Shown here piece by piece: positions 1 through 7,607 of a stretch of 32,000 nt of DNA (position 1 is its first letter; each line of letters opens with the position of its first letter). Below the pieces are notes generated by a model. The model searched no databases, had not been told where the DNA came from, and saw only the letters and a list, made by a program, of their open reading frames with translations. Location of the stretch: contig NZ_NVQC01000016.1 in assembly GCF_003044035.1 (NCBI RefSeq), forward strand, positions 1 to 32,000, in the 5' to 3' direction. The translations under genes were made by a program, and so were the position numbers. Origin of the DNA: Candidatus Methylomirabilis limnetica. GTDB lineage: Bacteria > Methylomirabilota > Methylomirabilia > Methylomirabilales > Methylomirabilaceae.

Positions 1-118
1 GCTTGCAGGTGACGGCGACGTTCTGCTTGAAGACGCCAGAGGCGGGATCGGCAGCTCGTCGGATCTCGTGAGCGCCATGGCAATCGGTGCAGGTTGCGGC
101 AGTGAGATTGCCTTTCTG
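1..118 (-). CDS. Fragment of a c-type (probably multihaem) cytochrome gene that continues out of the window; its 5' side is replaced by IS-related DNA
   Basis: The minus-strand frame reads KGNLTAATCTDCHGAHEIRRAADPASGVFKQNVAVTCK. It has a CXXCH haem motif (encoded at 77-91), and a second Thr-Cys begins at the window edge. It is absent from the ORF track because it is open-ended. Confidence 0.4.
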
Positions 119-129
119 TAGGATGGCCA

Positions 130-569
130 AACAGGAGACAGGACAGGGGGCGGTGCGAAGCATCGCGAATCAGGTATTTGATGTTTTCCCCTACAGCGCC
201 ACGGTAACCCAGGTAATGATATTGTGACAAGAGGCAGTTGAACAGCGCATAATCCTCCGATTTGAGGCTTACAACCGTGATCCGAAGGGGAATCAATGCC
301 TTGAGACTGTCGCTGATCCCTTCCTTTCGATATGGAACAGATGGATAAGAAGGACGGGACGTAAAAGTAAGTTTCCCCTGGCGGGGAGGCAACACAATAG
401 AGCCAGCTCGCTCCAGTTTCAGCAGGAGGCTGCGGCAGGCCATGTCTTTGTATTGCCCTGTGGGACTTTGCCAGTTCCACAACCTGCAAATCTCCAAAGA
501 GAGGCGGGTGCGGTGCCAGTCGGGGTTGGCAGTAAGCAGCTGTCGGATTTGCTGGACATTTACGGTCAT
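130..569 (-). pseudogene. N-terminal fragment of a DUF4338 (DruA-like) protein, truncated
   Basis: The minus-strand ATG at 569 opens MTVNVQQIRQLLTANPDWHRTRLSLEICRLWNWQSPTGQYKDMACRSLLLKLERAGSIVLPP...QYHYLGYRGAVGENIKYLIRDASHRPLSCLLFG, the typical DUF4338 N-terminal half. Homology is lost near 130, where the cytochrome frame takes over. Confidence 0.55.
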
Positions 570-715
570 GGATTGTTCCATGCCGTGGAATATCACATAA
601 AAAAACGCGTGAGTCCAGCAAAAATGAAGGGGTTCATGAAACTTTTTTAAGGGGTATTCCGTCAGGAAGAAATCACACCTGTTTTATTACTCCATGCTCA
701 GTAGCGGCAAATTAT

Positions 716-1072
716 GTGCCGAACAGTATTGGGACAGACACTATTATCGTGACGATTAGTGGTGTAAAAAACGTCATCGCTGCCATCAAACGGCTGCAGC
801 CGCAGAACCCGTCGGTTCGGGAGGAAGTTCACAAAACAGTGGGGTATTTTGAGACGAATCAAGATCGCATGCGCTATGCTGAATGGATAAAGCATGGCTT
901 GTTTGTAGGATCCGGAGTGATTGAAGCCGGCTGTAAAACGATCGTGGGGCAGCGGCTCAAACAGTCGGGAATGAGATGGACTGTCAGAGGGGCCAACGCA
1001 ATTATCGCCCTACGTTGCTGTCAGATCAGTGGCCGGTGGGAGGAGTTTTGGGGAAATCGGGCAACGGGATGA
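716..1072 (+). mobile_element. C-terminal fragment (about 110 aa) of an ISKra4-like transposase; IS remnant
   Basis: The ORF ends ...YFETNQDRMRYAEWIKHGLFVGSGVIEAGCKTIVGQRLKQSGMRWTVRGANAIIALRCCQISGRWEEFW, the conserved tail of this transposase family. The catalytic N-terminal two-thirds are missing. Confidence 0.6.
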
Positions 1073-1927
1073 GAAGCTTACCCATAAATTTGTCTTACAC
1101 CCCGTTGCGACCACCTACTAGCATCTAAACCGATACCAGACTATGCGAGCGATGGCGATAAACCTTCTTGCTTATTCCGATGCGCGGGACGGGCATCCTG
1201 CAGACGGTAGCGCATATACCGACTGGGGACATGGGCCAAACGGAACGGTGTCAGGGCCCCCACGCCTCTCATACAAGAGAGTGTGTCCCCAAAAGAACCA
1301 CTACTGGACCGAGCTTGGACACAGGCAACGAGTAGAGGGGAGCCCGACGGCTTCTCTACGGACCCTGACCATTCTTGGGATGACTGCCTCTTAGGCCTGA
1401 CGCACTGCCAATAGCTGGATCGAGTGTATGAGGGGTTCGCTTTCCCAACAACAATTGAAAAGGTCCTGTCTGGTCATCGTTAGTCTCATTTCTGAAAGTC
1501 ATGAATCCGAAGTGGAAAAAGCGAACGATTGTCAATGCCGTTCTTCCAAGTTTGAAAAAGCGGTTCTTGACACCCAAAAACGGGTGGTGGTATCCTCCGC
1601 TCGAAAAAGGAACTTCCTATCAATGAATCAATGACGAGCCGTCCATCGGGCTCGCGCCGGTGCTCGCCAGCGCACACTGGAGACGGCGGTCCAGATCAAC
1701 CGACGCTTCGGCACGGCCGATTGTACTGATGGAGTTGAGCATCAAGACGGTGCTCGGCATGGCGAGCCGCAGCCTACGTGATAAAATCGTGGCGCATCGT
1801 GCACGAGAAGCCGGTCGCCGAGCTCCTGGCCGCGCAGGACTCCTGGTGGAGTTCTACTAAACGATTCTCCCGACCGAACGTCTGGTGCATCCTAACGGAA
1901 GATTTCACCTTTCAGAAAGGGGTCCTC

Positions 1928-2599
1928 ATGTATCGAATCGTCGCGTGCATCATCGCAATCCTGACCGTCGGCGCGGTCGGCGTCGTCTGGGGCCAGGAGC
2001 CAAAGACTGAGGAACAGAAGACGTTTTACGCCCTAGGGCTCGCGCTCAGCCAGAATCTCGGCTCGTTCAATCTCAGCGAGGCCGAGCTGGATCTGGTGAA
2101 GTCAGGCCTCGCCGACGGGGTCCTGAATCGGACGCGGAAGGTCGATCTGCCCGCGTACACCGGCAAAATTCAGGAGTTGCAGGTGTCGCGTCAGGCCGCC
2201 ACCGCCACCGTCGAGAAGAAGCAGGGCCAGTCGTTCCTCGATAAGGCCGCCGCCGAGAAGGGGGTGACCAAGACGGCCTCGGGCGTGATCGTCACCACGC
2301 TCAAGCCTGGCACCGGACCCTCGCCCGCGGCCAGCGACAAGGTGAAGGTGCACTACACGGGCACCTTGATCGACGGCACTGTCTTCGACAGCTCCGTGCA
2401 GCGCGGGCAACCGGCCACCTTCCCGCTCAACGGCGTGATCAAGTGCTGGACCGAAGGCGTCGCCACCATGAAGGTCGGCGGTAAGGCCAAGCTGGTCTGC
2501 CCTAGCGACGCGGCCTACGGCCTCCGGGGGTCGCCCCCGAAGATCAAGCCGGGCGCCACGCTGGTCTTCGAGGTGGAACTGCTGGAGATCGTGAAGTAA
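1928..2599 (+). CDS. FKBP-type peptidyl-prolyl cis-trans isomerase (FkpA/Mip-like, exported)
   Basis: An internal ATG at 1928 is preceded by AAAGGGG. There is a hydrophobic signal-like N-terminus (MYRIVACIIAILTVGAVGVVWG) and a C-terminal FKBP domain (VHYTGTLIDGTVFDSS...PGATLVFEVELLEI). Confidence 0.85.
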   Translation: MYRIVACIIAILTVGAVGVVWGQEPKTEEQKTFYALGLALSQNLGSFNLSEAELDLVKSGLADGVLNRTRKVDLPAYTGKIQELQVSRQAATATVEKKQGQSFLDKAAAEKGVTKTASGVIVTTLKPGTGPSPAASDKVKVHYTGTLIDGTVFDSSVQRGQPATFPLNGVIKCWTEGVATMKVGGKAKLVCPSDAAYGLRGSPPKIKPGATLVFEVELLEIVK

Positions 2600-2665
2600 C
2601 GTACCTGAGAGCTGTGCTGACTCCGCCCGCCCGGCTGACCTAGTATCGCGACGGGAGGTGCGGAC

Positions 2666-3130
2666 ATGTTCAACGACGTCGTGACGTCGAAGTAGGGTCT
2701 GCGCGCCTTCATCGCGACCGCGCCGTTCGTGCTGCTCGCGATCTCCAGCGCCGTTTCACAGTGCGATGTCTCGCCCAAGGGCGCCACGTCGGACTTCGTG
2801 CTGGTACTTGACCCCACGCATCTCGTCGGGTCCTATCGCTCGGGCAACAACCGCATCGATGGAATGACCAACGTTCTCAAGAATCCGCACGTGGGAATGA
2901 TCCTCTTGGTGCCGGGGCGTGGGGATATGTTGCGCGTCAACGCTGCGTCTCCATCATCCGCGACGAGGAGATCCTGGCGCGCCTGGCCGTGCATGGCAAG
3001 CTCCCCAAGGTCGCGCTCGGCGTCGAGGTTGAGGAGGCGTACCTGCACTATTCCAAGGTCTTCCTCCATTCGACGGATCATTCGGGTAGAATTGCGATCG
3101 ATTGGGACGTTGATGACGGGGGGAGGCAAC
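2666..3130 (+). pseudogene. Pyridoxamine-5'-phosphate-oxidase-class FMN-binding flavoprotein, disrupted
   Basis: The sequence reads LRAFIATAPFVLLAISSAVSQCDVSPKG...NVLKNPHVGMILLVPGRGDMLRVN, then continues in another frame as VSIIRDEEILARLAVHGKLPKVALGVEVEEAYLHYSKVF. There is an in-frame TAG at 2693-2695 and a frameshift near 2940-2950. Confidence 0.6.
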
Positions 3131-3276
3131 GTGCGCCGACGTCGCCTGGTCGGTATTCAGTGGATCAAGGTCTTGAGGCCGGGGTATGGGCTTTGGCTCG
3201 CCCCCTTCATGTCGCCACCTTCCCAGAGAAGGGGATCGTCAAACTCGAGGTGCTGAAGCGAGCCTATATATTCGCG

Positions 3277-3353
3277 TGGCGTCCCCAACGGGATTCGAAC
3301 CCGTGTTTCAGCCTTGAAAGGGCCGCGTCCTGGGCCGGCTAGACGATGGGGAC
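3277..3353 (-). tRNA. tRNA-Glu (anticodon UUC), CCA encoded
   Basis: The reverse complement is GTCCCCATCGTCTAGCCGGCCCAGGACGCGGCCCTTTCAAGGCTGAAACACGGGTTCGAATCCCGTTGGGGACGCCA. It has a 7-bp acceptor stem, a GTTCGAATC T-loop and anticodon loop CTTTCAA, and closely resembles canonical bacterial tRNA-Glu. Confidence 0.93.
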
Positions 3354-3409
3354 ATTGAAGGGAAGACCGGCTCTTTATAACATAGTTCCGGTTACATGGG
3401 AAGGGCTGG

Positions 3410-3793
3410 TTACGAGATCCTTTGGCGGCGGGTCATCACCTCCACCCGGCCACGGTCGTTAATGAACAGATTTAAGAGACCACTGATCAGGCTTAACAGG
3501 ATTGCCCCGAACACCGCAGACCAGAAGCCATGCACCTCGAACCCCTGGATCATCAGCGAGACGAGTTTCAGGAGCGCTGCGTTGAGCAACGGGATGAAAA
3601 GCCCCAGTGTCATGATCGTGAGTGGAAGCGTCAAGATCACGAGCACAGGTCGCACAACGGCGTTGACCACCCCGAGAAAAAAGGCGGCTGACAATGCAGG
3701 CAGGACCCCCCGCACCTCGATGCCAGGGATGACGGTTGATACGATTAAGAGGGCCAGCGCGTTGAGAAAAAGTCGGACGAGAAAGCCCATCAC
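3410..3793 (-). CDS. DUF360 / phage-holin-4_2-type four-TM membrane protein
   Basis: 127 aa and highly hydrophobic (MMGFLVRLFLNALALLIVSTVIPGIEV...LVILTLPLTIMTLGLF). It lies immediately downstream of, and co-oriented with, the adenylase gene. Confidence 0.7.
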   Translation of the reverse strand: MMGFLVRLFLNALALLIVSTVIPGIEVRGVLPALSAAFFLGVVNAVVRPVLVILTLPLTIMTLGLFIPLLNAALLKLVSLMIQGFEVHGFWSAVFGAILLSLISGLLNLFINDRGRVEVMTRRQRIS

Positions 3794-3811
3794 TCGCGCC
3801 TCAGGGTTGAT

Positions 3812-5710
3812 TTAGCCGAACTCGCCCCGAAGGAACCGTTCCCGGGCGTCGAGTCGCATCCGTTTGCCGCTGGTGGTCTTGCTCAGAGTTCCTGGTACGA
3901 CCAGCAGGACCTGGTCTAGAACCGTCCCGCCCGCTGGTCGATAAACGTCATCCACTCGAGCACGGATCTCCCTCATCAAGGTTTCCCGGCGCGGCTCAGG
4001 GCAGTGTGGCTCTGCAAACTCGACAACTGCCACTACACGCTGGGTTCCGGCTCTGACGTCGGTCACGCCAAAGACGACGCTCCGGCCCGGCTTGACTCCC
4101 TCAACGGTTTCGATGACCTCTTCCAGGAGGGCCGGGGCATAGTTGCGGCCACCCTTGATCACCGTCTCTTTCAGCCTCCCGGTGATGTACAGCTCTCCCG
4201 CAGAGTCGATCATTCCCTCATCGCCGGTGTGCAGCCATCGGTGTCCGTCTCGATCGAGAATTACCTGCGCGGTCGCCTTCGGGTCCCCAAAATAGCCATC
4301 CATAAGGCTTGGCCCCGTGACGGTCACCTCTCCGAGATGTCCTGCCGGGAGCTTGTTGCCTTCAGTATCAATGATTCGGATCTCAAAATTCGTCAGCGGC
4401 CGCCCTACAGATACCCACTCCTCGCCCCGCTGGCGGCAGACCCGATAGGGCGCTGCGAGGTCTGGGAAGGAGACGGCGAGCGTCATCTCAGCCAGCCCAT
4501 ATACCGGCGACAGCGCTTCCCGACGGAGACCGAACTGGCCGAACTCGCGTTGAAACGCTTCCATTGCCTGCACCGTAACCGGCTCAGCGCCGTTCATTAA
4601 GATCCGGATGCGGGAGAGGTCAAGACGGCTCCCTTGTCCATAGGTCGGATGTTGCTCAAACCGTCTGGGGGAAATCTGGCACATTCGTGCGAGCCGGCCG
4701 ATGGCTGAGTTATTTGAGACCGAGATCGTCGCTCCGAACTGATGAAGCGCCCAGATCCAGCGGAGTGGGTCGCGGGTGAAGTCGGTAGGCGACATCAGGT
4801 AGGTTTCTAGACCGAGCGCAAAGGATCCCAGCGTGATCCCGATGAGCCCCATATCGTGGTAGAGCGGTAGCCATGAAACAACCTTATCGTCAGGCCTCGG
4901 TTGGACCATTTCCCCGAATGCCTGAATGTTGGCCAGGATCGCTCGATGGCTAAGCACTACACCCTTCTGGACGCCGGTTGACCCGGAGGTAAACTGTATC
5001 AGTGCCGTTGCGTTGCCGTCGAGACTCGGCGTCCGAAACTTTGCGGTTCCTCGCAGAAGATCGGACGCAGCCACAAAAGCAGGCGCCTCAGGGAGAAACC
5101 GGGCGGCAGTGTGACACACGGGAGCGAAATCTTGTTCGGCGATCACCACGGCAGGCCGGGAGGTCTGACAGATGTGGACCTGCTGGTCGACGTAACGGCT
5201 GAGGCGCTGAAGCCCTTCCAGTATTGCCATGAGAGGCTGCCCCGCCTTCTTCCCCTGTCGCCAGCGTTGGGCTAATGGCTGTCGTAGGAGCCGGTCGATC
5301 GCCCATTTGGCTGGGGTATATGTGCGGGTGGCCCTCGCCGCAGCCAGGGTGTGCAGCAGGCCTTTCGGGAGAAGCAGGGGTGGGTAAGTGGGAACGGCCA
5401 CAGCACCCGCTAACCAGGTTCCGAACAGGGCTTGAAGGATCGGTCGCCCGGTGGGGAGCATGATGAGGACCCGGTCGCCCGGCCGAACCCCCAGTTCCTG
5501 AAGAAGCGCTGCCACTCGCTCGGCTTCCTGGTACAACATGCCGAACTGAACCGGCTCACCGGGGTCAAGGCCGCGGAGCAGATAGCACCAGGCCTCATCC
5601 ATGCGGTGTTCCGCTTGGTAACGGACGATCTCGCCGATCGTGTCCGAAACCTTGAGGGCAGCGAGTGAGGAGGGGTCAAAAAGGTCGGGCTTCGAGGAAG
5701 AGGTCGTCAT
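3812..5710 (-). CDS. Fatty-acyl-AMP ligase-like adenylate-forming enzyme (AMP-dependent synthetase)
   Basis: Motifs present: IQFTSGSTGVQKGVVLSH, WLPLYHDMGLIG, HTGDEGMIDSAGELYITGRLKETVIKGGRNYAP. I place the start at the internal ATG at 5710 (MTTSSSKPDLF), which has AGGTGA upstream. The longer track ORF running to 6007 is rejected. Confidence 0.8.
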   Translation of the reverse strand: MTTSSSKPDLFDPSSLAALKVSDTIGEIVRYQAEHRMDEAWCYLLRGLDPGEPVQFGMLYQEAERVAALLQELGVRPGDRVLIMLPTGRPILQALFGTWLAGAVAVPTYPPLLLPKGLLHTLAAARATRTYTPAKWAIDRLLRQPLAQRWRQGKKAGQPLMAILEGLQRLSRYVDQQVHICQTSRPAVVIAEQDFAPVCHTAARFLPEAPAFVAASDLLRGTAKFRTPSLDGNATALIQFTSGSTGVQKGVVLSHRAILANIQAFGEMVQPRPDDKVVSWLPLYHDMGLIGITLGSFALGLETYLMSPTDFTRDPLRWIWALHQFGATISVSNNSAIGRLARMCQISPRRFEQHPTYGQGSRLDLSRIRILMNGAEPVTVQAMEAFQREFGQFGLRREALSPVYGLAEMTLAVSFPDLAAPYRVCRQRGEEWVSVGRPLTNFEIRIIDTEGNKLPAGHLGEVTVTGPSLMDGYFGDPKATAQVILDRDGHRWLHTGDEGMIDSAGELYITGRLKETVIKGGRNYAPALLEEVIETVEGVKPGRSVVFGVTDVRAGTQRVVAVVEFAEPHCPEPRRETLMREIRARVDDVYRPAGGTVLDQVLLVVPGTLSKTTSGKRMRLDARERFLRGEFG

Positions 5711-5880
5711 GGTTACGTATTCACCTAGAGGTGTACTTGAATCCAGCGATGACGGGTAGCGTGATGCCCTTTCTGAGGCGTTGAAATGAGGTTGACTAAG
5801 CTTGCATAGCATACTATCCTCGGCCTGGCAAGCAATTGTCACAAGGGAACACGCCATGCGACCGCATGGGAAGGGTGGTG

Positions 5881-6336
5881 ATGGCCGCGTTCGGGTGTCG
5901 TGATTCGCGGCAGGGTCATGCGCTGATGCAGGAACTCGCCATAGTTCGAAAGATGCTTGGCCGACTCGAAGCCAAACTGCTGGAGGATGATACTGATCAT
6001 TTCCCAAAGGGGGATGATCAGGAACTTCGCCTCGCTCTGCAGCGTATTGGCGATGACCGGTTGACTCAACTGATGCTGGGTTATGCCGTCTGTGTCCGGG
6101 GGCTCACTGCGCCGATGGCGTCTCGCGCATGGAAGCAGGAGTTGGCGGAGGAGGCGGAGGATACCCACCGTCTCCTCCTGAGCCGCCTGCAGAGGCTAGA
6201 GCGCCTGGCTCGGTCCCCCGTGGGACGTCTGTGGCTGCGGTTGCAGGCCTGTCTTTACCGGGTCTTTCATCAGTCTCCCCATCCACAGCGCCTGCCTTCA
6301 CCCAAGGAGAATGGCAACCGTGGGCAGTTGCTTTGA
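5881..6336 (+). CDS. Hypothetical protein (helical, Arg/Leu/Glu-rich); start uncertain
   Basis: The open frame has genome-like third-position GC. Its TGA (6334-6336) overlaps the TTG (6333-6335) proposed as the DUF218 start. A GGAAGGG motif lies before the ATG at 5881. I recognised no family. Confidence 0.4.
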   Translation: MAAFGCRDSRQGHALMQELAIVRKMLGRLEAKLLEDDTDHFPKGDDQELRLALQRIGDDRLTQLMLGYAVCVRGLTAPMASRAWKQELAEEAEDTHRLLLSRLQRLERLARSPVGRLWLRLQACLYRVFHQSPHPQRLPSPKENGNRGQLL

Positions 6337-7031
6337 TAGGAAAACTGATCCGGTGGCTGATCGTTCTCCCGCTCCTTGGCCTTCTGCTCTACGTCGGACA
6401 CCCATTCCTCCTGAGAGCCATGGGCCGCTACCTGATCACGGAGGATCGTCTACAAAAGGCCGGCGCGATCGCGGTTCTGGCAGGGGATGGAGGCGTCGGT
6501 CGCACGCTCGAGGCTGTCAGGCTCTACCAGGATGGCCATGCCCCCAAGATCGTCCTGACCCATCAGCGCTTGCCGAAAGGGTACGAAGCGCTGGTACGGC
6601 TGAGTCTTACCGTCCCGGAAGAGCGAGGCATCCAATTGATGGTTCTCAAGGCGATGCGGATCCCTGCCACCGCCGTCCTTCAGGTCAGTGAGCGGGCTGA
6701 CAGTACCGATACAGAGATGATCTACCTCGCACGTCTTCTCAAAGAGCACCAGATAGGAACAGTTATCCTTGTTACGGACAGATCGCATTCAACGCGGGCA
6801 AGGAAGATTCTGGCCCGCGTCTCCGGTGGGAAGATTGTGATCATCAGCCGGCCTACCCGCTACGACACCTTTGATCCGGAAGGATGGTGGCGATCTCACG
6901 CTGACGCTAAAGAGGTCTTGATGGAATACGCGAAGCTGCTCAACTACCTCGTGCAGTCGGCGAGTGCCGGCCTCACCGGCTGGCGGAAAGGTGGGAGTGA
7001 TTCGGCCGTTTCGGCCGAGGGTACATTCTGA
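6333..7031 (+). CDS. DUF218 (YdcF/ElyC/SanA-like) protein with N-terminal TM helix
   Basis: LIGKLIRWLIVLPLLGLLLYVGHPF forms the TM helix. The DUF218 core follows (AIAVLAGDGGVGRTLEAVRLYQDGHAPKIVLT...VILVTDRSHSTRARKIL). The upstream G/P-rich extension to 6129 looks like out-of-frame sequence. Confidence 0.7.
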   Translation: MIGKLIRWLIVLPLLGLLLYVGHPFLLRAMGRYLITEDRLQKAGAIAVLAGDGGVGRTLEAVRLYQDGHAPKIVLTHQRLPKGYEALVRLSLTVPEERGIQLMVLKAMRIPATAVLQVSERADSTDTEMIYLARLLKEHQIGTVILVTDRSHSTRARKILARVSGGKIVIISRPTRYDTFDPEGWWRSHADAKEVLMEYAKLLNYLVQSASAGLTGWRKGGSDSAVSAEGTF

Positions 7032-7094
7032 CTATCAGGATCTAAGGTCTGGTTGCTGCGAGAGTTAAACCGTTCATGGATGGAGGGACACGTC

Positions 7095-7550
7095 ATGCAA
7101 GAGAAGCGAGGGATGTTTGACAAGATTTGGGGGGCCATGGAACCGACCAGCCAGGAGCCGACACGGCAAGCTCCAATGATGGAGATGTCGACGAGCGCTT
7201 TTGTCGTCGGTGAGAAGATTCAGATTCACGGTGAGTTAACCGGCGAAGGCGACATCCACCTTATGGGTAAGTTTCACGGGACTATTGATCTTGTTGGAAC
7301 GGTCGTGATCGGAGAGTCGGCTCAAGTAGAGGCCGATATCGCTGCGACCAACATTAGTGTTGGCGGCCACGTAAAAGGCAATCTGATCGCCAGCGGACGG
7401 GTCGATCTCCTGCCAACCGGCAGCGTAACGGGTAACGTGAAGACCGGCAGCATCGCTGCCGCAGAGGGTGCCTCCTTGCATGGCGAGATTGAAATCAATC
7501 GCCGACAGATCCAAGGCCAGATGGAGAGGGACCGGATCGGTCCAGTCTAG
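7095..7550 (+). CDS. Bactofilin (polymer-forming cytoskeletal protein)
   Basis: Repetitive beta-helix signature: IHGELTGEGDIHLMGKFHGTIDLVGTVVIGESAQVEADIAATNISVGGHVKGNLIASGRVDLLPTGSVTGNV. GGAGGG lies 7 nt before the ATG at 7095. Confidence 0.8.
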   Translation: MQEKRGMFDKIWGAMEPTSQEPTRQAPMMEMSTSAFVVGEKIQIHGELTGEGDIHLMGKFHGTIDLVGTVVIGESAQVEADIAATNISVGGHVKGNLIASGRVDLLPTGSVTGNVKTGSIAAAEGASLHGEIEINRRQIQGQMERDRIGPV

Positions 7551-7607
7551 CCTGAGAAGCCCAGTTGCGCTCAGAGCACTTGACAACAAGCGTGACGAGG
7601 AGGACGT

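Noticed and set aside
130-569. DUF4338 as evidence of a Druantia-type defence system
   Set aside because: Only a truncated N-terminal fragment is present, with no druB-E-like or large helicase genes. It sits beside a transposase remnant, so IS-associated debris is the more likely explanation.
3396-3815. 139-aa plus-strand ORF overlapping the DUF360 gene
   Set aside because: The minus-strand product is a coherent four-TM protein co-oriented with its neighbours. The plus-strand product is Arg/Ser/Thr-rich shadow sequence.
5711-6007. N-terminal extension of the adenylase ORF to 6007
   Set aside because: The extension has no family similarity. An internal ATG at 5710 with an AGGTGA RBS gives a normal N-terminus.
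6129-6332. Gly/Pro-rich extension of the DUF218 ORF (MEAGVGGGGGGYPPSPPEPP...)
   Set aside because: It looks like out-of-frame translation of the upstream ORF. DUF218 proteins normally begin at the TM helix.
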